A stretch of 64,000 nucleotides of DNA from Basidiobolus meristosporus CBS 931.73 (taxonomy: Eukaryota > Fungi > Basidiobolomycota). The stretch is taken from positions 14,049-78,048 of the forward strand of contig MCFE01000422.1 of NCBI GenBank assembly GCA_002104905.1. Direction: 5' to 3'. Shown one piece after another: positions 26,312 to 40,135 of the stretch. Every line of letters starts with the position of its first letter. The stretch's first letter is position 1. A program made the translations under genes and the position numbers. The notes under the pieces are model-generated. The model worked only from the letters and a program-made list of their open reading frames with translations. It did no database searches and was not told the origin of the DNA.

Positions 26312-27262
26312 ATGCCACCGAAAAAAAGGTAAAAGCTGAAGTACGCTATAGGTCTGGTGTACGCAACCGACTCATTACTTGGTTTTAAGACTAGAGGCTG
26401 AGCCGAAAACGCGCGTAGTATCGCGTGCTAATTTATATGACGACAGCAGTAGTGATGAGGAAATGCTGGTGGAGGATACCCAGGAGAATGAGGCGTTCCA
26501 GGCATTGATGGCAAAATCTTTCTCTTTAGAGGGTAAGGGCATCATTGCATGGCTTATGTGTAAACGATCTAACACCTGGTCTACGTAATAGCTCAACAAA
26601 ATTCTGTGCCTGAAGAGAAACCTGAGGAGGAGGAGGAGGAGGAGGAGCCTGAGGAGATTGGTACGAGTGTATAGACCACATCATGGTCAGGAATATGCCT
26701 GTGATTAGTAACCTCTCTACAGTTTTCCGACTATTCAATACGCCCAAGATTGAAAAGGTTAAGCTAGCAGTACCCGAACCCGAGCCTATAGTATTCCCTA
26801 CAAGACCCGAATCCGACGACGAATTTGAGTAATATAGTCATATTCAGATATGCAGTATACGTCCCAATTCTAACCAATACCACATAGAGTTACTGATGAA
26901 ATGAAACTGCAATTCGAGTCTGTTGCTATAACTAGTGGGCAAATCATCGAGGAATCAAAGCTCCCCTGGGTGAATATCGAAATTCATCTCCATTTGACGA
27001 ATATGTTCTAATGGATAGCTTCATTCAGGAGCGACAATTCTTTTTGCACAAGGTCATTGAGGTACCCTTGAAAACACCAAAGCGTAAGCGCATTCGTAAA
27101 AGCAAAGCAAAGAAAGAATGGGAGAAGAAGGTCGCGCAAGGTCTCGCCAAGCCGCTACCCCCCAAGCCTCAACAAGATGATTATAGTCGTGGATATCATT
27201 TCAACAGATTTGACAGAAAGTCTCTTCCACACAATCCTAGATTCAACAAGTTTAAGCGCTGA
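26312..27262 (+). CDS. Fungal protein resembling DUF2011, multi-exon
   Basis: Acidic N-terminus, VFRLF, RPES, FESVAITSGQIIEESKLPW, HKV and basic KRKRIRKSK. Family assignment is from memory of the motif pattern. Confidence 0.55.
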
Positions 27263-27737
27263 TTGCTATCATGGTTGAATCAAACAAACGTGAAATATCA
27301 CCACAATCACTAGCCCGAGTACTGACGAGTACTTAATTTCTGTAATTCCTTGTTTATATTTCCCTAACAGTTGTTGAAGATGCACTATACCAGTGGTATT
27401 CTTATACACGATCCTTAAGCTTTGCTTACCGAAGATCTCAATAAAGCGCATATTCCTCGTCTTTCGCAGAGTTGCCAATCAGTGCCATTTCTTAAGGCGT
27501 AAGTATCAGCGGTCTCGGTTAGTCGTGGCATTATGTCGAGGGGATTTTCATGCTGAAAACCACATCTTTGGATAGTTGAAATCAATTTCTTCACCGCCTC
27601 AATATATTTGATCTCTAACAGATCGGAAGTTGGGTAATTTATTAAATGACTGTTTCCTATTAACATAAAAAGAGTGTATAACACATTGATCAAGGGGATT
27701 TAATGAGGGAATATGTTCAAGATCCAAGTTCAGCGTT

Positions 27738-28376
27738 TTAGAGCAGCTGGTTAACTAACAAGGATTTCACCATCGTATATGCCCAGGTCGCGCCATTATC
27801 AGTTGGTGTTGATAAGATTCTGACCGATTCCTCGCTATTTTGAGGATAGGGATTGGATCCGGTAATTCTCCCATAATTGGGATTGGGCTTGTTGCCAGGA
27901 ACCGCCTTGAGGCCATGGATTAGGATCTCCCTCTCCTTGGTGAATGTTGCGTCTTTCTGGCTTCCCTTCTTCTTGTAGGTGTAAGTCATCTGTAGTCGGA
28001 AATGATCGTTCACTTGATACGGATACTGAATGCTTTCGGGAATAAGCCACTCGGCCAGTTGTGTGGGTTTGGATTTCAACGGCTCGGCAGGTTGGGCAGG
28101 TCCAAATATGTCAACAAGGGGAGTCTTTCCAAATTCATCATAAAGCTTTAATGTTACAACAGGTGGGCCAACTAGGTCAGGCTCATTGGTGGTGTGCACT
28201 TCAATATACATATAATCGCCAGCATTATAGACTGGGCGTAGGGATAAATAGTCAAACTCGATACCAGCTAAACATGAAGGATTAGAATGATATTTACGAA
28301 TCAAGAGTACATTCCAAGAAGACTTACCGAGTACATTACAAACGCCAAGGAGCATGAGAACGCATTTTTTCAACAT
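27738..28376 (-). CDS. Hypothetical secreted protein, 2 exons
   Basis: Signal-peptide-like MLKKCVLMLLGVCNVLA formed by a GTAAGT..TAG intron; long open second exon; no family recognised. Confidence 0.6.
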   Translation of the reverse strand: MLKKCVLMLLGVCNVLGKSSWNVLLIRKYHSNPSCLAGIEFDYLSLRPVYNAGDYMYIEVHTTNEPDLVGPPVVTLKLYDEFGKTPLVDIFGPAQPAEPLKSKPTQLAEWLIPESIQYPYQVNDHFRLQMTYTYKKKGSQKDATFTKEREILIHGLKAVPGNKPNPNYGRITGSNPYPQNSEESVRILSTPTDNGATWAYTMVKSLLVNQLL

Positions 28377-29505
28377 TTTCAATAAACTTGATGAGACTGA
28401 GAGACAGTATAAGAGCGAATCAAACTCAATAATAGTACAATTGGAATCGTGACCATCCCAGACTTTATAGCATTGTGGTGGGCGTTAAATGGCGAGTCTA
28501 GACAGGCAAATTCATTAAATCGACAAAAGAAGTCCAGACTTCGTATCGATCAAGTGAAATAGAGTTTGTGTAACATTATTCGAGTACTAATGAAATTGGA
28601 CCCATAATGGAGAAAGGTTTCTTATTCAGAAGGTCAGTCACCATAAGCATTGGTAATAGCAATTCATAAGTATATACTGAACGGACCCTCTTTGTATCCA
28701 TGCACTGAATATAGTTGTGAGAAGTAAGGCGTTGGTAGATATTGATGCCCACCACTAGGAAGCAACAGGAGCTCATGTTTGATAACTTGAATGAATATCT
28801 TTTGTTATTACTCCCGTGAATGAATGACCCAGAGTCTTGGCCATATTTGTTCAATTGTAGCATTTCTTACGCCATGAGGTAACCGTGTGGGATATTTATT
28901 CAGAAGCCATTCGTATGATGCCCTCAGCCTACACAGCCGGAATCAGAAAACCTCATTATGCCTGTTCTGGACTTGGTCTCGTTTTTACCTAGGGTCAATG
29001 CCCAACCAAAAATAGTGAAATGATGAACTGCTTAATTAATTTGCTATAATTAAGGATACGGACTGGATTAATTTTTCCATATATCTCAATGATTCGGCTA
29101 CCACCTGTAGACACACATACGAGAACGATTCGTCATGGCTGAGGTGGAATCCTAGCTTCGCAGCAAGCTGCAGTCGTGGAATTGCACTTTAATCGTAGAT
29201 ATATTCAACATGTTATGTTTGATTTCTAATGGATAGATCTATATTTCCTATTTTATCTACTTCGAAAATGCCTTAAATCTTGGGTTAGGATCATAGACAG
29301 ATGTCTGTCCTTACACATCAATGGATTTAAAAATAGGCATACACTCACCATCATGTATTCATAAGTGAAATGAGAGGAATTGCGGCCACCGATATTACCA
29401 CCGGAAATTGCGGCTCGTTGTTAGAGCCATTTTGCATATCGCTTTCTTATCAACGTATTTTACAGACAAATCATTTCAACGATTGGCGACTGAGAGTTCC
29501 AACGT

Positions 29506-31596
29506 ATGCTAGAAGATATCCCCACCTTCGATGAGGCTATCAAAATACTTCAAAGCGCCTATAGTAGCGAAATTAGCTGTAAGTTACTCCTTAACATCGT
29601 TGGGTGACAGTGGTACTAAACCTCCACGTGTCGGAATCATCAAACAGCCAAAAACAAACTGATCGAAGACTTAAAGGCAGAAATACTCTCCAAGAATGAT
29701 TGCATCCGCGAGCTTGAAGAGAATGTAAAGGTGTCGGGGATGCCCCACAGCGATAAACACTCATTAAAAAAGGATAGATTTCCTTTCAAGAAGGCACTGG
29801 TTTCGTCAAAGGAAAGGGAAACACAAACAATGAACATGTCCGAGGTTCTCGCTGTTGTGTTTGAAAATGTGGAGTGCGTTTTTGAGAGGTTACCTTCAAC
29901 TAGTACGAAGGGAAAATCAACTTCCGAACAACAACAGTAAGCCAACAATCAGACTCGTACCAAGCACCAGTTAACCTTTGTATGAATGGGCACTAGAATT
30001 CGAGGCGGATTATTAAGGATACAGCTACTGTATGACTCTCTAGAGCGAGATTATCAAAAGCTAGTCAGCAAATACGACCATCTCTATATTTCCTTTGAAG
30101 AATTGAAAAGGCTTCATTATACTAAGAAAGCTAAATGGGAAGAATTCAAAGTACAACTGCAAGACAGAAAGAACTCTTCCATTATAAGCGTAGAAAAGGA
30201 ACATAATGGTAGTTGGTGTTATCCAGTTCAAGTATGTTTTGTTAATTTGTACTCAAGCCTGTTCTATCCTAGGTGTGAGTACTCTGCAAAAGATGTCCAT
30301 AGCTGAGACTCCCAAAAATCCTGCTACTGTTGGCTCGAATGCCAGTGAAAGGTATCTCGCATCAGTTACATACACTTCCGTAAATAGCGCTGATGTTGGG
30401 AATATTGTCAGTGGGGCGGTTTCTTCTGCTTCTAACGAACAGCCTGCGATAAATGATACTCTTCTTGAAGATGATAGCGATATTGCACTTCAAGAATCAA
30501 TTGTCTATCCATATACCTTGCCCAACTCTGAAGGAGCCGAGTCTAATGCGCAAATGTGTACAACAATGCCAGAAAACGAATCCAAAAATAGCGATGTTTA
30601 CGCGACTAAGAGATCATTCAACAAGAGCAAACCACGAAACTTATCGATTGCAGATTCTAAATCCGAAATTCAGCATCAAAAACTTAATCCAACACAGCAC
30701 CGATCCGCATCTGATGCCGATTCTGATGTAACCGACTTGGATGTCTGTGATGATACTCAATTAGTGACAGCCAACGAAAGTGATTTCACTGATTCAGAAG
30801 CAAGTTGCATGGCTACATCCATCACAAATGATTCAAATGAGCGAAGTTACTCTTCTCATCAGGGGAACCGATCTCCACTATTTCTTAACGCCTCTGTTGA
30901 TGACGAACATGTCCCGACCCAAATTGTAGAACATAGTCAGGATCTCAAGGATACCCCTCTGAATTCTGACGAGCCTGATATCGCCAATTTTTTTAGCACG
31001 CCTAATTCCCAGTCAAAAAGACGGAAACTATTGTCGCTGAACAATCGATTAACCCGAGACGGTCATACCGGGGCCCCAGAACGGACGCCATCTCAGAATG
31101 AAGGCAACTTAACAAAAGACCGGATCACGAGAAAGAAATTGTCCCCAAACCACAGCGACAATAAGTAATGAATACAAACCACATCGGTTCTGTGTGTTGG
31201 ATGGCTAATTTTTCCAGTCTATCTTCAAGTTCTCCGGCTCTCAAGTACTCCGAGGTTGTTCGAAACAAGGATCAGCGGAAAAAAATGCATGGAAACGATT
31301 GCTCTTGTTGTAAAAAGGTTTGACCCACTGGAAATCGAAATGGTGTTGAATTTAGGTGGCTAACATGATTCGAATTTTCGAAGTTCTACGAAGTTACTGG
31401 CTCACTCCCCATTCCCGATGAGCTAGGTCTCCCAAGTAACCAGACTACAACTATGGAGCAGCGATTGAATCGTGTATCTCGCCACCGCTACGTTTATAAG
31501 CCACCGGACACTCCAACCGACTTTTGGGACGTGGATTTCCCAAGCACACAAGCAATTGAAAAAGCTCGAAAGTCCTCCAGTCGAAAGCTTAAATAG
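29506..31596 (+). CDS. SAE2: Sae2/CtIP/Ctp1 DNA end-resection factor, multi-exon
   Basis: N-terminal coiled coil, long acidic/Ser-rich disordered middle, C-terminal VRNKDQRKKMHGNDCSCCK and VSRHRYVYKPPDTPTDFWDVDFPSTQ. Start is approximate. Confidence 0.85.
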
Positions 31597-33063
31597 TCAT
31601 GTGAAACATTGTCAAGCAATAATTGTTCTCATGGTAACCATTGTACCACAGTCCATCCATTTTTAGATGATTGGAACGATAGTTCCAGGTAGCCGTAAAA
31701 CCCTAAATGTTATTTTGGCCAGTTTTTTGTAGAAAGTCAAGTGGACTAGATTGAGCCGAGTTTGTAGAAATAGATAATTTAACCTCAACAACATAGTGTA
31801 TTAAATTTGCGCTTGAAAGTGATGTCTACGGATGATGGTTTTGATATCGCGATCAGGAAACCGGTGTTCAGTCTTGCCCAAACGTTGGCACTGAAGACCA
31901 TCATCACTATTATAGAAATCAAGGTTCATATAGATATCACTAAAGCAATTTAAGATATAAGCATGCGCCCAACTACAGAGATATGCGAAAACCGGGCTTC
32001 AGTTCTACTCTAGATGCGACAATATAAATAGCCAATAGTTACTTTGGGCCGCGCTCGCCAAAGCAAAATTCATATAGACCAATGTAAGCTACCATGATTG
32101 TTTGTCGTGGAGTGATGATCTGTTGGTAAAAGCCCCTCAGCTTCGACTCATCCTCACTGGCCATCAATTTACCATTTTTATGCCGAGTGAACTTCAGTAG
32201 GTAGGGTAGGGATGAGGAACTGGTGCCGATTTGTGACTTGTTGGCACCTCATCAACTCCACCAATATCATTTCACTTATGATTTGTTATGTAAACTTGGC
32301 TGTCCCTATTAACTTCATATTATGTACCTCATCTCGTTACCCCTTAAAATGCCATGCCTTAAATTCCCAAAATAGCACAGGCATGCTTCGGGTAAATATA
32401 CATTCCTATTCCCCATCCTTCAGATATGATGATATGCTTGTGGAAATTTTGTGGACATAGGACAAGTCAGATCCGAGTGCATTGATTCGGGTGGGATAAA
32501 TGTGCCGCGACATGATGCTGGCAAAACTTGCCTGGCATACATCTGTTAGGTTTATGAAGGTGGTGTTCCCATGAGAATATGTCGTATTAGCAGCCGAAAT
32601 CTCCCGGCAGTAGCTGCGGAGTTGGGCAGAGTTGATCATCAGATGAAAATTTGGTGAGGTAAGAGGGATCCACAAAGGCCACACTATCGTGTTTTCGCCT
32701 TTAATAGGGAACTATTCCTATTCACATTGTATCAGCCCAAATTCAAATGGGCTGGCTCGTCCTCTGATCAAAGCTAATTACATGCCTTTCAAGACAAGGA
32801 AATACGTCAAATCGAGATTTTCAATCGAGGTGTGCTATGCATGCACAGCTCGGAACACGCGATGCCAATTTGGGAGAATACCTAATCCGGTCGAAGGGGA
32901 TCCGTAGCAAAATAGTGGGGTATAAACCCCTGGTAGTAATACCGCTAATAAGAAAGGTGCTAAGCATGCATTCTTAGGGTTCACTGCTCAGTAAATAAAT
33001 ATACCTGGCCCGCCTCCAGGTGTCGATACCTAGTTGCCTTTCCTTTTTTTCTCCGGTACTGCC

Positions 33064-34017
33064 ATGTCCATCACAGCCAGATTTATTGCCGCTTCTGCCA
33101 ACGAGGCTGACAAGCCAACTGGTGCTAATTTGTATGCTCGCTGTGCTTTTGCTGGTGCCGTGTGTTGTGGTATTACTCACGGCGCCCTTACCCCTGTGGA
33201 TGTCGTGAAGACTAGAATCCAGCTTGAACCGACTGTTTACAACAAGGGTATGATCGCTGGTTTCCGTCAAATCATCAAGAATGAAGGAGCGGGTACCTTG
33301 TTGACCGGATTCGGGCCCACTTTCTCGGGATATTTCATGCAAGGAGCATTCAAATTCGGTGGATACGAGTTCTGGAAGAAAACTTTTATTGATATTCTTG
33401 GACTCGAAACTGCCTCCGATAATCGTACTGCCATCTACCTCGCCTCTGCAGCCATTGCCGAGTTCTTTGCTGATATTGCTCTTTGCCCAATGGAGGCTAC
33501 TCGTATTCGTCTGGTGTCCCAGCCTACATTTGCTTCGGGGCTTGTTTCTGGCTTCACCAGACTCTTAAAAGAAGAGGGCGTCATTCGTGGTTTCTACTCT
33601 GGTTTTGGCCCCATTTGCTTCAAGCAAATTCCCTACAACATGACCAAGTTCGTTATGTATGAGCGTACTTCTGAAGCCATTTACAAGACCATCGGTACCC
33701 CCAAGGACCAATTGAGCACCGGCACTCATACTGGTATTAATCTTGGCTCTGGTCTTATTGCTGGTATTTGCGCTGCTATTGTGTCACAGCCTGCCGATAC
33801 TCTTCTTTCCAAGATCAACAAACAGAAAGGAGCCGAAGGCTCAATTACTAGCCGCTTGATCGCTCTATCCAAGGAACTGGGTGTCAAGGGACTCTTCATA
33901 GGTCTTGGACCTCGTATTGTCATGGTTGGTAGCTTGACAGCACTTCAATTTGCCATCTATGGTGACATCAAAAGAATGCTTGGTGCTACTCAGACTATCG
34001 AGATTTCCAAGAACTAA
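33064..34017 (+). CDS. MIR1: Mitochondrial phosphate carrier, intronless
   Basis: [67 protein letters not shown]. Confidence 0.95.
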   Translation: MSITARFIAASANEADKPTGANLYARCAFAGAVCCGITHGALTPVDVVKTRIQLEPTVYNKGMIAGFRQIIKNEGAGTLLTGFGPTFSGYFMQGAFKFGGYEFWKKTFIDILGLETASDNRTAIYLASAAIAEFFADIALCPMEATRIRLVSQPTFASGLVSGFTRLLKEEGVIRGFYSGFGPICFKQIPYNMTKFVMYERTSEAIYKTIGTPKDQLSTGTHTGINLGSGLIAGICAAIVSQPADTLLSKINKQKGAEGSITSRLIALSKELGVKGLFIGLGPRIVMVGSLTALQFAIYGDIKRMLGATQTIEISKN

Positions 34018-34460
34018 ATGGGTTCTGTTGCATTTGCATGCAATTGGTCAACACAATTTATTCATTATCCTAATCACGTGGCCTCCAATACAACCTAACT
34101 GGGAACCACAATTTATTGTAAAACCCTCCCCTCAATATTCGGTTACGCGTAATAAATCCACTTTCCATCCCACAAATAACTTGGCCGTCATGAATTGATA
34201 TCATCAGGGACGGAACGCATGACCATCCATGAGATTCCGTGCCCTGATGTGATGCGCTCAAAGCAAATGGCTATTTTCGAGTTGGTTGGTTGGTCGGGCC
34301 TACGTATTTTTTTGCTGGCAGCCTTTAATAATATCACGGTGGGTACAGGAATCTATCTATGATTGTGGTGACCCCAATTGAATTTGAAAACTTTACATAT
34401 TAATCGATACAAGTTACATGGCATGATATGACCCATTTGTAAAGAGAATGGCGACAAAGC

Positions 34461-34883
34461 CTACTCCGGTTTTTTCATGCTCAACACGATGTGGATGGCC
34501 GAATTGACGCGTGGGTTGGTTTTGAGATCCTCTTCCTGTGAAAATAACAACCGATCAGTATTCAATGGTGGGAGGGGATTTTAGGGGAGAGATACCTCGT
34601 CTTCGGGGATGAGATCATCCACCAATTTTACACTGGAAGTGGTGCAGTCCATAGTCACTTGATCGTGCAGCACATCCTGTAACGTAGTTGCCAACAAGAT
34701 GGCTTTGCCTACTGCTTTACCCAGACCATGTATGGTCACTGTAGGCACTTTTTGCTCTAGTAACAGGAGCTTCATGCGTTGCAGCTGAGAACCAAAGGAT
34801 TGTTTACTTGATACATATATATCTGTGCTAAGAGTAGCGGGGCGTTGTGGAGCTCTCTTGCGCAATGAGTAGCTTTTCGACAT
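34461..34883 (-). CDS. POP7: RNase P/MRP subunit Rpp20/Pop7 (Alba-like), 2 exons
   Basis: RKRAPQRP..DIYVSSK, TIHGLGKAVGKAI, TSSVKLVDDLIP; spliced tail RVNSAIHIVL. Confidence 0.85.
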
Positions 34884-35265
34884 TACTGGAAGATGTATTG
34901 TATTGTATTCGGCGCGCAGTTTTGCCCGTGGTATTTTATTACTTATAGTCCCACTAAACTTCGACCGATTTTTTTTCGTAGCAAAATATTTCGCTCACCT
35001 CTCGGAAATACGCGAATTCTGGAACTGGGATGATTTACCCTAAATTCGATCTTAAAATGGTGAATGCCGGAATGGGCTGGAGATCATAAACGAGGGAATG
35101 CCAATTGTTCCATCAATACTACAAGGACAGTAAAAAATTCTATTTCCTTGGTAGTAGTCCCAAGTGATACAGTAGTCATATAAATGGTAGATAGACTGAG
35201 CTGGCGGCTCAGAAGTTTATTTGAACGCGGATATTCTATGACTGCGAAGTATGAGAAACAATGGA

Positions 35266-35466
35266 CTAGATTTTGAAGCCGTGGCTACGAAGACATTCCT
35301 TATGGGCTTCGATGAATTTTAGGCAATTCTCTTCGCCATTCTCAAAAACGCACTGATCGCGTGCTTTCTTAGTCTCGGGACAGGCACAGCATGGCTTCAA
35401 TTTCTTCTCCTGTGGTTGCTCTGGGGTGGTGCTTGTGGGCTGAGTGGTTTGGGTCTCGGTAGTCAT
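35266..35466 (-). CDS. COX17: Mitochondrial copper chaperone
   Basis: [16 protein letters not shown]...C...[15 protein letters not shown]. Confidence 0.97.
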   Translation of the reverse strand: MTTETQTTQPTSTTPEQPQEKKLKPCCACPETKKARDQCVFENGEENCLKFIEAHKECLRSHGFKI

Positions 35467-36306
35467 GTTATGCAGTAAGGTTTACTCTGAGGTCGTGGTA
35501 TGAAAAGAACAATGAAAAGGTATGCAAATGAGTTTTAGCAAACCAAGTCGATCTTATGTACTGAAATTTTCTTTACCCCATTTCGATCCATTTCCAATTA
35601 CTGCGACATCGTATTATTAATCGGGGATTTCAGGTCCGCTAAGCGCATGTGTAACTAGCCCAATGATTTTCAATGATTAGCACATCAACCTTTTTTGCCA
35701 GAGGTATTTGGATTTCATCATCTCTGTGCCATCCAAAAATCGAGGTTGGGGTACAGGATGCTGTCCTCCATCGTGATACTATCCTTATATATCCAAATTC
35801 ACCTACCCGTCATATCCTAGCGAAATCTAGAGTGTACGCATTGCTAAAATGTCAGTTGAGGGGTTGAATTGGGCAAACTGCGGTCATGGAGATGTACCAA
35901 CAAATAATTCAAATATCTATTGATGTATGAACACCCGTATTTATATTCACGTACTGAACATCTTGGAATCGTTGCACATGCTTCAAATGTCTTTTTGGTA
36001 GGGTGTATTCAGAAAGAGATTGAAATATAGCATCGAAATTTCTCCGGGATGCCTGCGTAGAAACAGAAGGATAATGAAAAACCGAGTCAAAGTATGTAAG
36101 CCGAGAGCGGCTCGCGGGTATGCCAGTATCAGTTAAAGGGGGTCTTGCAAGACCAATCTCGCCTCATTTGGAACTGTGGAGCGTGTTTGGGCACTCGACA
36201 TCGTTTTTGGAGGATGTCCAGGATTTTATTTCATTAATGAAGCACAACTTGTGTATCATAAAAACCAACTTGAGTTGTTATGTGTGTCTATTGGCTTCAA
36301 TATCAT

Positions 36307-39300
36307 TCATTCGATAACCTTCCACTAATATTGATCAGTATCTCTTTGTTCGAATGTTCAGATATATTTAGTAACAAAAAACCTACTTGAAGGATGCTGC
36401 CATCCATCCCTCCAATGGAAAGCACATGCTCACCGTTGCAAGAAAAGGACACGTTGGTGACGAAGGAAGAGTGTCCTTTGTAGATCTTGCCAGGGGTCTA
36501 AGAAATAAATCATGGTCAGTTCGTGCTATGTAAAGGGTTATATCAATTTTGCTTCTGATTCTCTTACATTTGCTTTGTATGCAGGATACACATGTAGGTT
36601 GACTTGTGAACGGGTATTTGCACTCACCAATAAATTTCCTCTTGGGTTTCTCGATACCGCGTAGATCTATTCAGAAAATTACTTGGTTCAGAGATTCAAT
36701 GGGTGAATACAGCATCTGAATACTTACATCTCGTCCGTTCATCCAGGATTCTTGAATACCTATGGTTGGCCATCCAATGGGGCATTCAAAGGTGCTCCAC
36801 TCTACATCTGACAGCTTAGATGGATGCTTTTCTTGCTCACAAGATGGGAGCTTCCCTTCATTATCACATGATCGCTTAGCCGTGAGTACGCCAACAGCAC
36901 ATAATCTCTTCAATCTACTCACAAAACAACAGCTCCGAATCTATGCTATTTGACTGCAAATATTGAGAGTCACTTGACCAGTCCATTCGAATAACTCTGC
37001 TCGAGTGTCCCTAAAGAGAAGCAGCATAGTTTAAAGTTACCGACTAGACTCATTCGGTCACCTAGAGGGTGCGTTTCTGCGAAAAAATCAAACCTGGCAG
37101 GTGCCGAGGAGTTTCCAATTCTTTGTCAAGTATACATCGATCCCGTTATCCATCGAGAATGCTCCAATCGCAAGGAATTCGCCATTTGGTGAGTACTTGA
37201 CAACATGTTGCCAATTATCCAACGTCCCAGGGTTTCTTGGTTTGATCTCATGCAACTTGGTGAGTTCTTGCGAATCCAAAATAAACACCTTTGTAGTTGT
37301 GAAGAATCTGTCGTTCAGTATGTACTGACCTAGCATGATGTTCAGGGGATATGTACCTGATCTGTAACGGCAGTTACCGCTATTTGGGTTGCATCGGGAT
37401 GAACGGAGATTGAGCGGAGCGAAGTGCCTAAGTTAACTTTACGAATCTGGACTGGATGTGTGAATGTGAATCTGAAATATACAGCATTGTTGAAGACTTT
37501 ACCATCCTTTTCTTTGACATATCCCAACGCGCAACTACTTGATCGTCAGAGCACGTGAAAAATTCTGGCGCGTCTGGATGTACAGCCAAACCCCATAGTT
37601 CTTGCATGCGGAAGCTATCATGTGCCTGAATGAAGTAATTATCCATCATGCAAGTTAGCCCAAGGTGAGCCTATTGCTGAGTTTAGATTCACCAAAAGCT
37701 AACCATAGAAATCGGCTCTACGCTAGCTGGTTTGGTCAGTTCTATTTGATAGATGGCTGAATCTTCAGTGCCCACCACTAGTGTTTTCTCCGTGTATCTT
37801 GTCAAAGCACGTACACTCTTCTTGACTCCTTCCCATACGATCTGTGAGGACTGGTCAGACACTTGATGTTTTATAATTCTCCCATCCTTTCCGCTACTAT
37901 AAAAAACGCCACTTGTCTCCCCAGCGGACAGAACAAAAATTGCTCCCTTGATACAAATAGTTAGTTTGCATTCTGGCAAAGCATCCAGGCTATCTCCTTA
38001 CTTTGTGGGCCTTGCTTTTGACGTTGATGACTTGGCGTTTCGTGATGTCCCAGGAGTAGATATCTCCGTCCATACACCCAGTAATGAGCGTTCCTTTATC
38101 AATATACGCGGCACTCAGTATGGTCTAATGCACAAAGATTGACTTTCGTAATGAGAATCAAATTATTTACGAGGATGTGTATAGCAGTATCAAACCTGAA
38201 TCTTCCCCTTTGGCCCGAAAATACCTCGTTTGCTGCTCAATGTCCGAGTTTTGTCGTCAAGATACCAGAATTTAAGATGCTTCACACCAAAGATGACGAA
38301 CTCGGTCCTGTTGAATGGGTTAAACAATATATCCAAGACCTAATGTTGAATGGTTAATGTTGAGACAGCTCTTTACACTGGGTGATGCATCATACCAGAT
38401 CAGAATGACCGCTGGTAGAGACGAACGGCTCGGCGCTGGATTCCCAGTCAAAGACTTCGATCTAATGAAATATGTGGGTATATACCGCCTCGCTTTGGAA
38501 ATTCCCTGGGTCCATCTCTTACCGTATGATCCTTATCTTTACAGACAGCAACCAAGAATTTTCCGTCTGGGGAAAAGGCAATGGCCACAACCCCCTTGTA
38601 TACGGTTCCAGGTCCACATTTTAGTGTAGCCACAGGAGGCTGCTCCGGCTCATCTGCCTTCCAAACATGAACCTTCACACCACCCTCCGGGTCAATCACC
38701 GAAGCAACATCACCAGTTGCAATGTAGGCCCCAGAAGGGTGTACCGCTATACTGATCACATCATCGTTGTGTCCAGTGAAGAAGCGTTGTGTATTTGTAC
38801 TGGGATCGTAGATGATTCCCACCGAGCCAGCGAAATATGCAAGACGTGGAGATCCATCATGCCCAGCCAAAGTATGGATATTGTTGCGGCAGTCACGGGT
38901 GCGATATCCGTACACATGGTCCAGCTGAAGCGATTCTCTGGGTAGGCTATCGGCCAACGGGACAAATTGGCTGGGTGGATAAATGGCTCCTGTCCATGGA
39001 CGATTAGCCTGAAGCCGGTTAGAATGGTATCTTCTACTTGACCAAAGATGCGCTACTTACAGCAGTGTTACTGAGGCCATCAGAAAGTGTTGCATTCTTT
39101 TCTAGAACAGATATTCAAAATTAGCCATCTCAGCTTCTTCTATAAACCTCTCTTTGAATACTTACTATCCCCTTCAACCAAGCGAAGACCAAAGTGCAAC
39201 TTTCCCTCCTACACGTAGGGTATGAATGGAACATTAGCATCATAACCAGTGTGCACCTCAACTTTCGAAAAAGTCGTACAGATGTTTACCTCGCTTTCAC

Positions 39301-39777
39301 TGATAGGGACCCACTTTCTAATTGGAGTTTCCAACGTTAACTCGGAGAAATCGTATTCCACCTCTCCCAAAGGGTCATCCGAAGAAAGAAAATCATGGTC
39401 CAGCAAAGTGAATTTAACCTTCCCTAACTGTGAGTCCAAACGCCAACATAAAGCCTAAAAAAGTCTCTGGACCGACCTTGGAGTCCCCTTCTGTCAGGAA
39501 CAACTTGAACGTGGAGTTCCATACCGGATTCAGATTTGCGTGGATGATTTTCGACTGAACTCGCTGGCCATTTTTCCCTTGGCCCACCGTAATAATTACA
39601 TAAGGGTCGGAGGAGCCTGAACAATTATGTTAAATGGTACCCGTTTATTACAATACGCTCAGTTCAAGCTCTGGAAGAGGTGTCGAACTAACCAGTATCT
39701 TCATCCATAGGGGCCAATCCCTTGGCTTCGAATAACTTGACTTCTAAATAAGTTATCTTTTCACTCTGGACCACCAT
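36307..39777 (-). CDS. C2-domain plus HELP/WD40 (echinoderm microtubule-associated protein-like, EML) protein, many exons
   Basis: N-terminal C2 (LEVKLFEAKGLAPMD, NLNPVWNSTF, LLDHDFLSSDDPLGEV); HELP motif LQLDHVYGYRTRDCRNN, FFTGHNDDVISIAVHP, ELWGLAVHP; C-terminal YKGHSSFVTNVSFS..VLSIGGMDGSILQWKV. Confidence 0.85.
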
Positions 39778-40135
39778 TTGGTTGTATATCAAGGTATCAC
39801 CTTAAAAGCGCTACTCAGTATTGTCCAGAAATTAGCACCTCTACACTGCCAAATTGACGTCACATGAAACAAATCTCGTGGTTAACTAATGCCATAATTC
39901 AGCCACCATTTACCTCAATTCAGAGGCACTGCACTGATTCCCGCTTCGCACAGGTGAAGAAAATGTGGTTTGAACACCGCAACATTGCCAAGAGAAGACC
40001 AAAGTACACTTTAAAGATGGGAATCAGGGAGCAAACTATATGGCTGTGAATTGCGCATGATAGGATGATTGTTCCAGACTGATATTTATTATTGCATGTG
40101 CTAAAGCGTATTGATGAACAGAATCAAGAAGAAAC

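Noticed and set aside
26622-26647. (GAG)n microsatellite
   Set aside because: It is simply the poly-Glu tract of the DUF2011-like gene.
31831-31905. 9-bp inverted repeat with C/D-box-like words (possible snoRNA)
   Set aside because: Several such repeats are expected by chance; there is no terminal stem and no rRNA-complementary guide that I can recognise.
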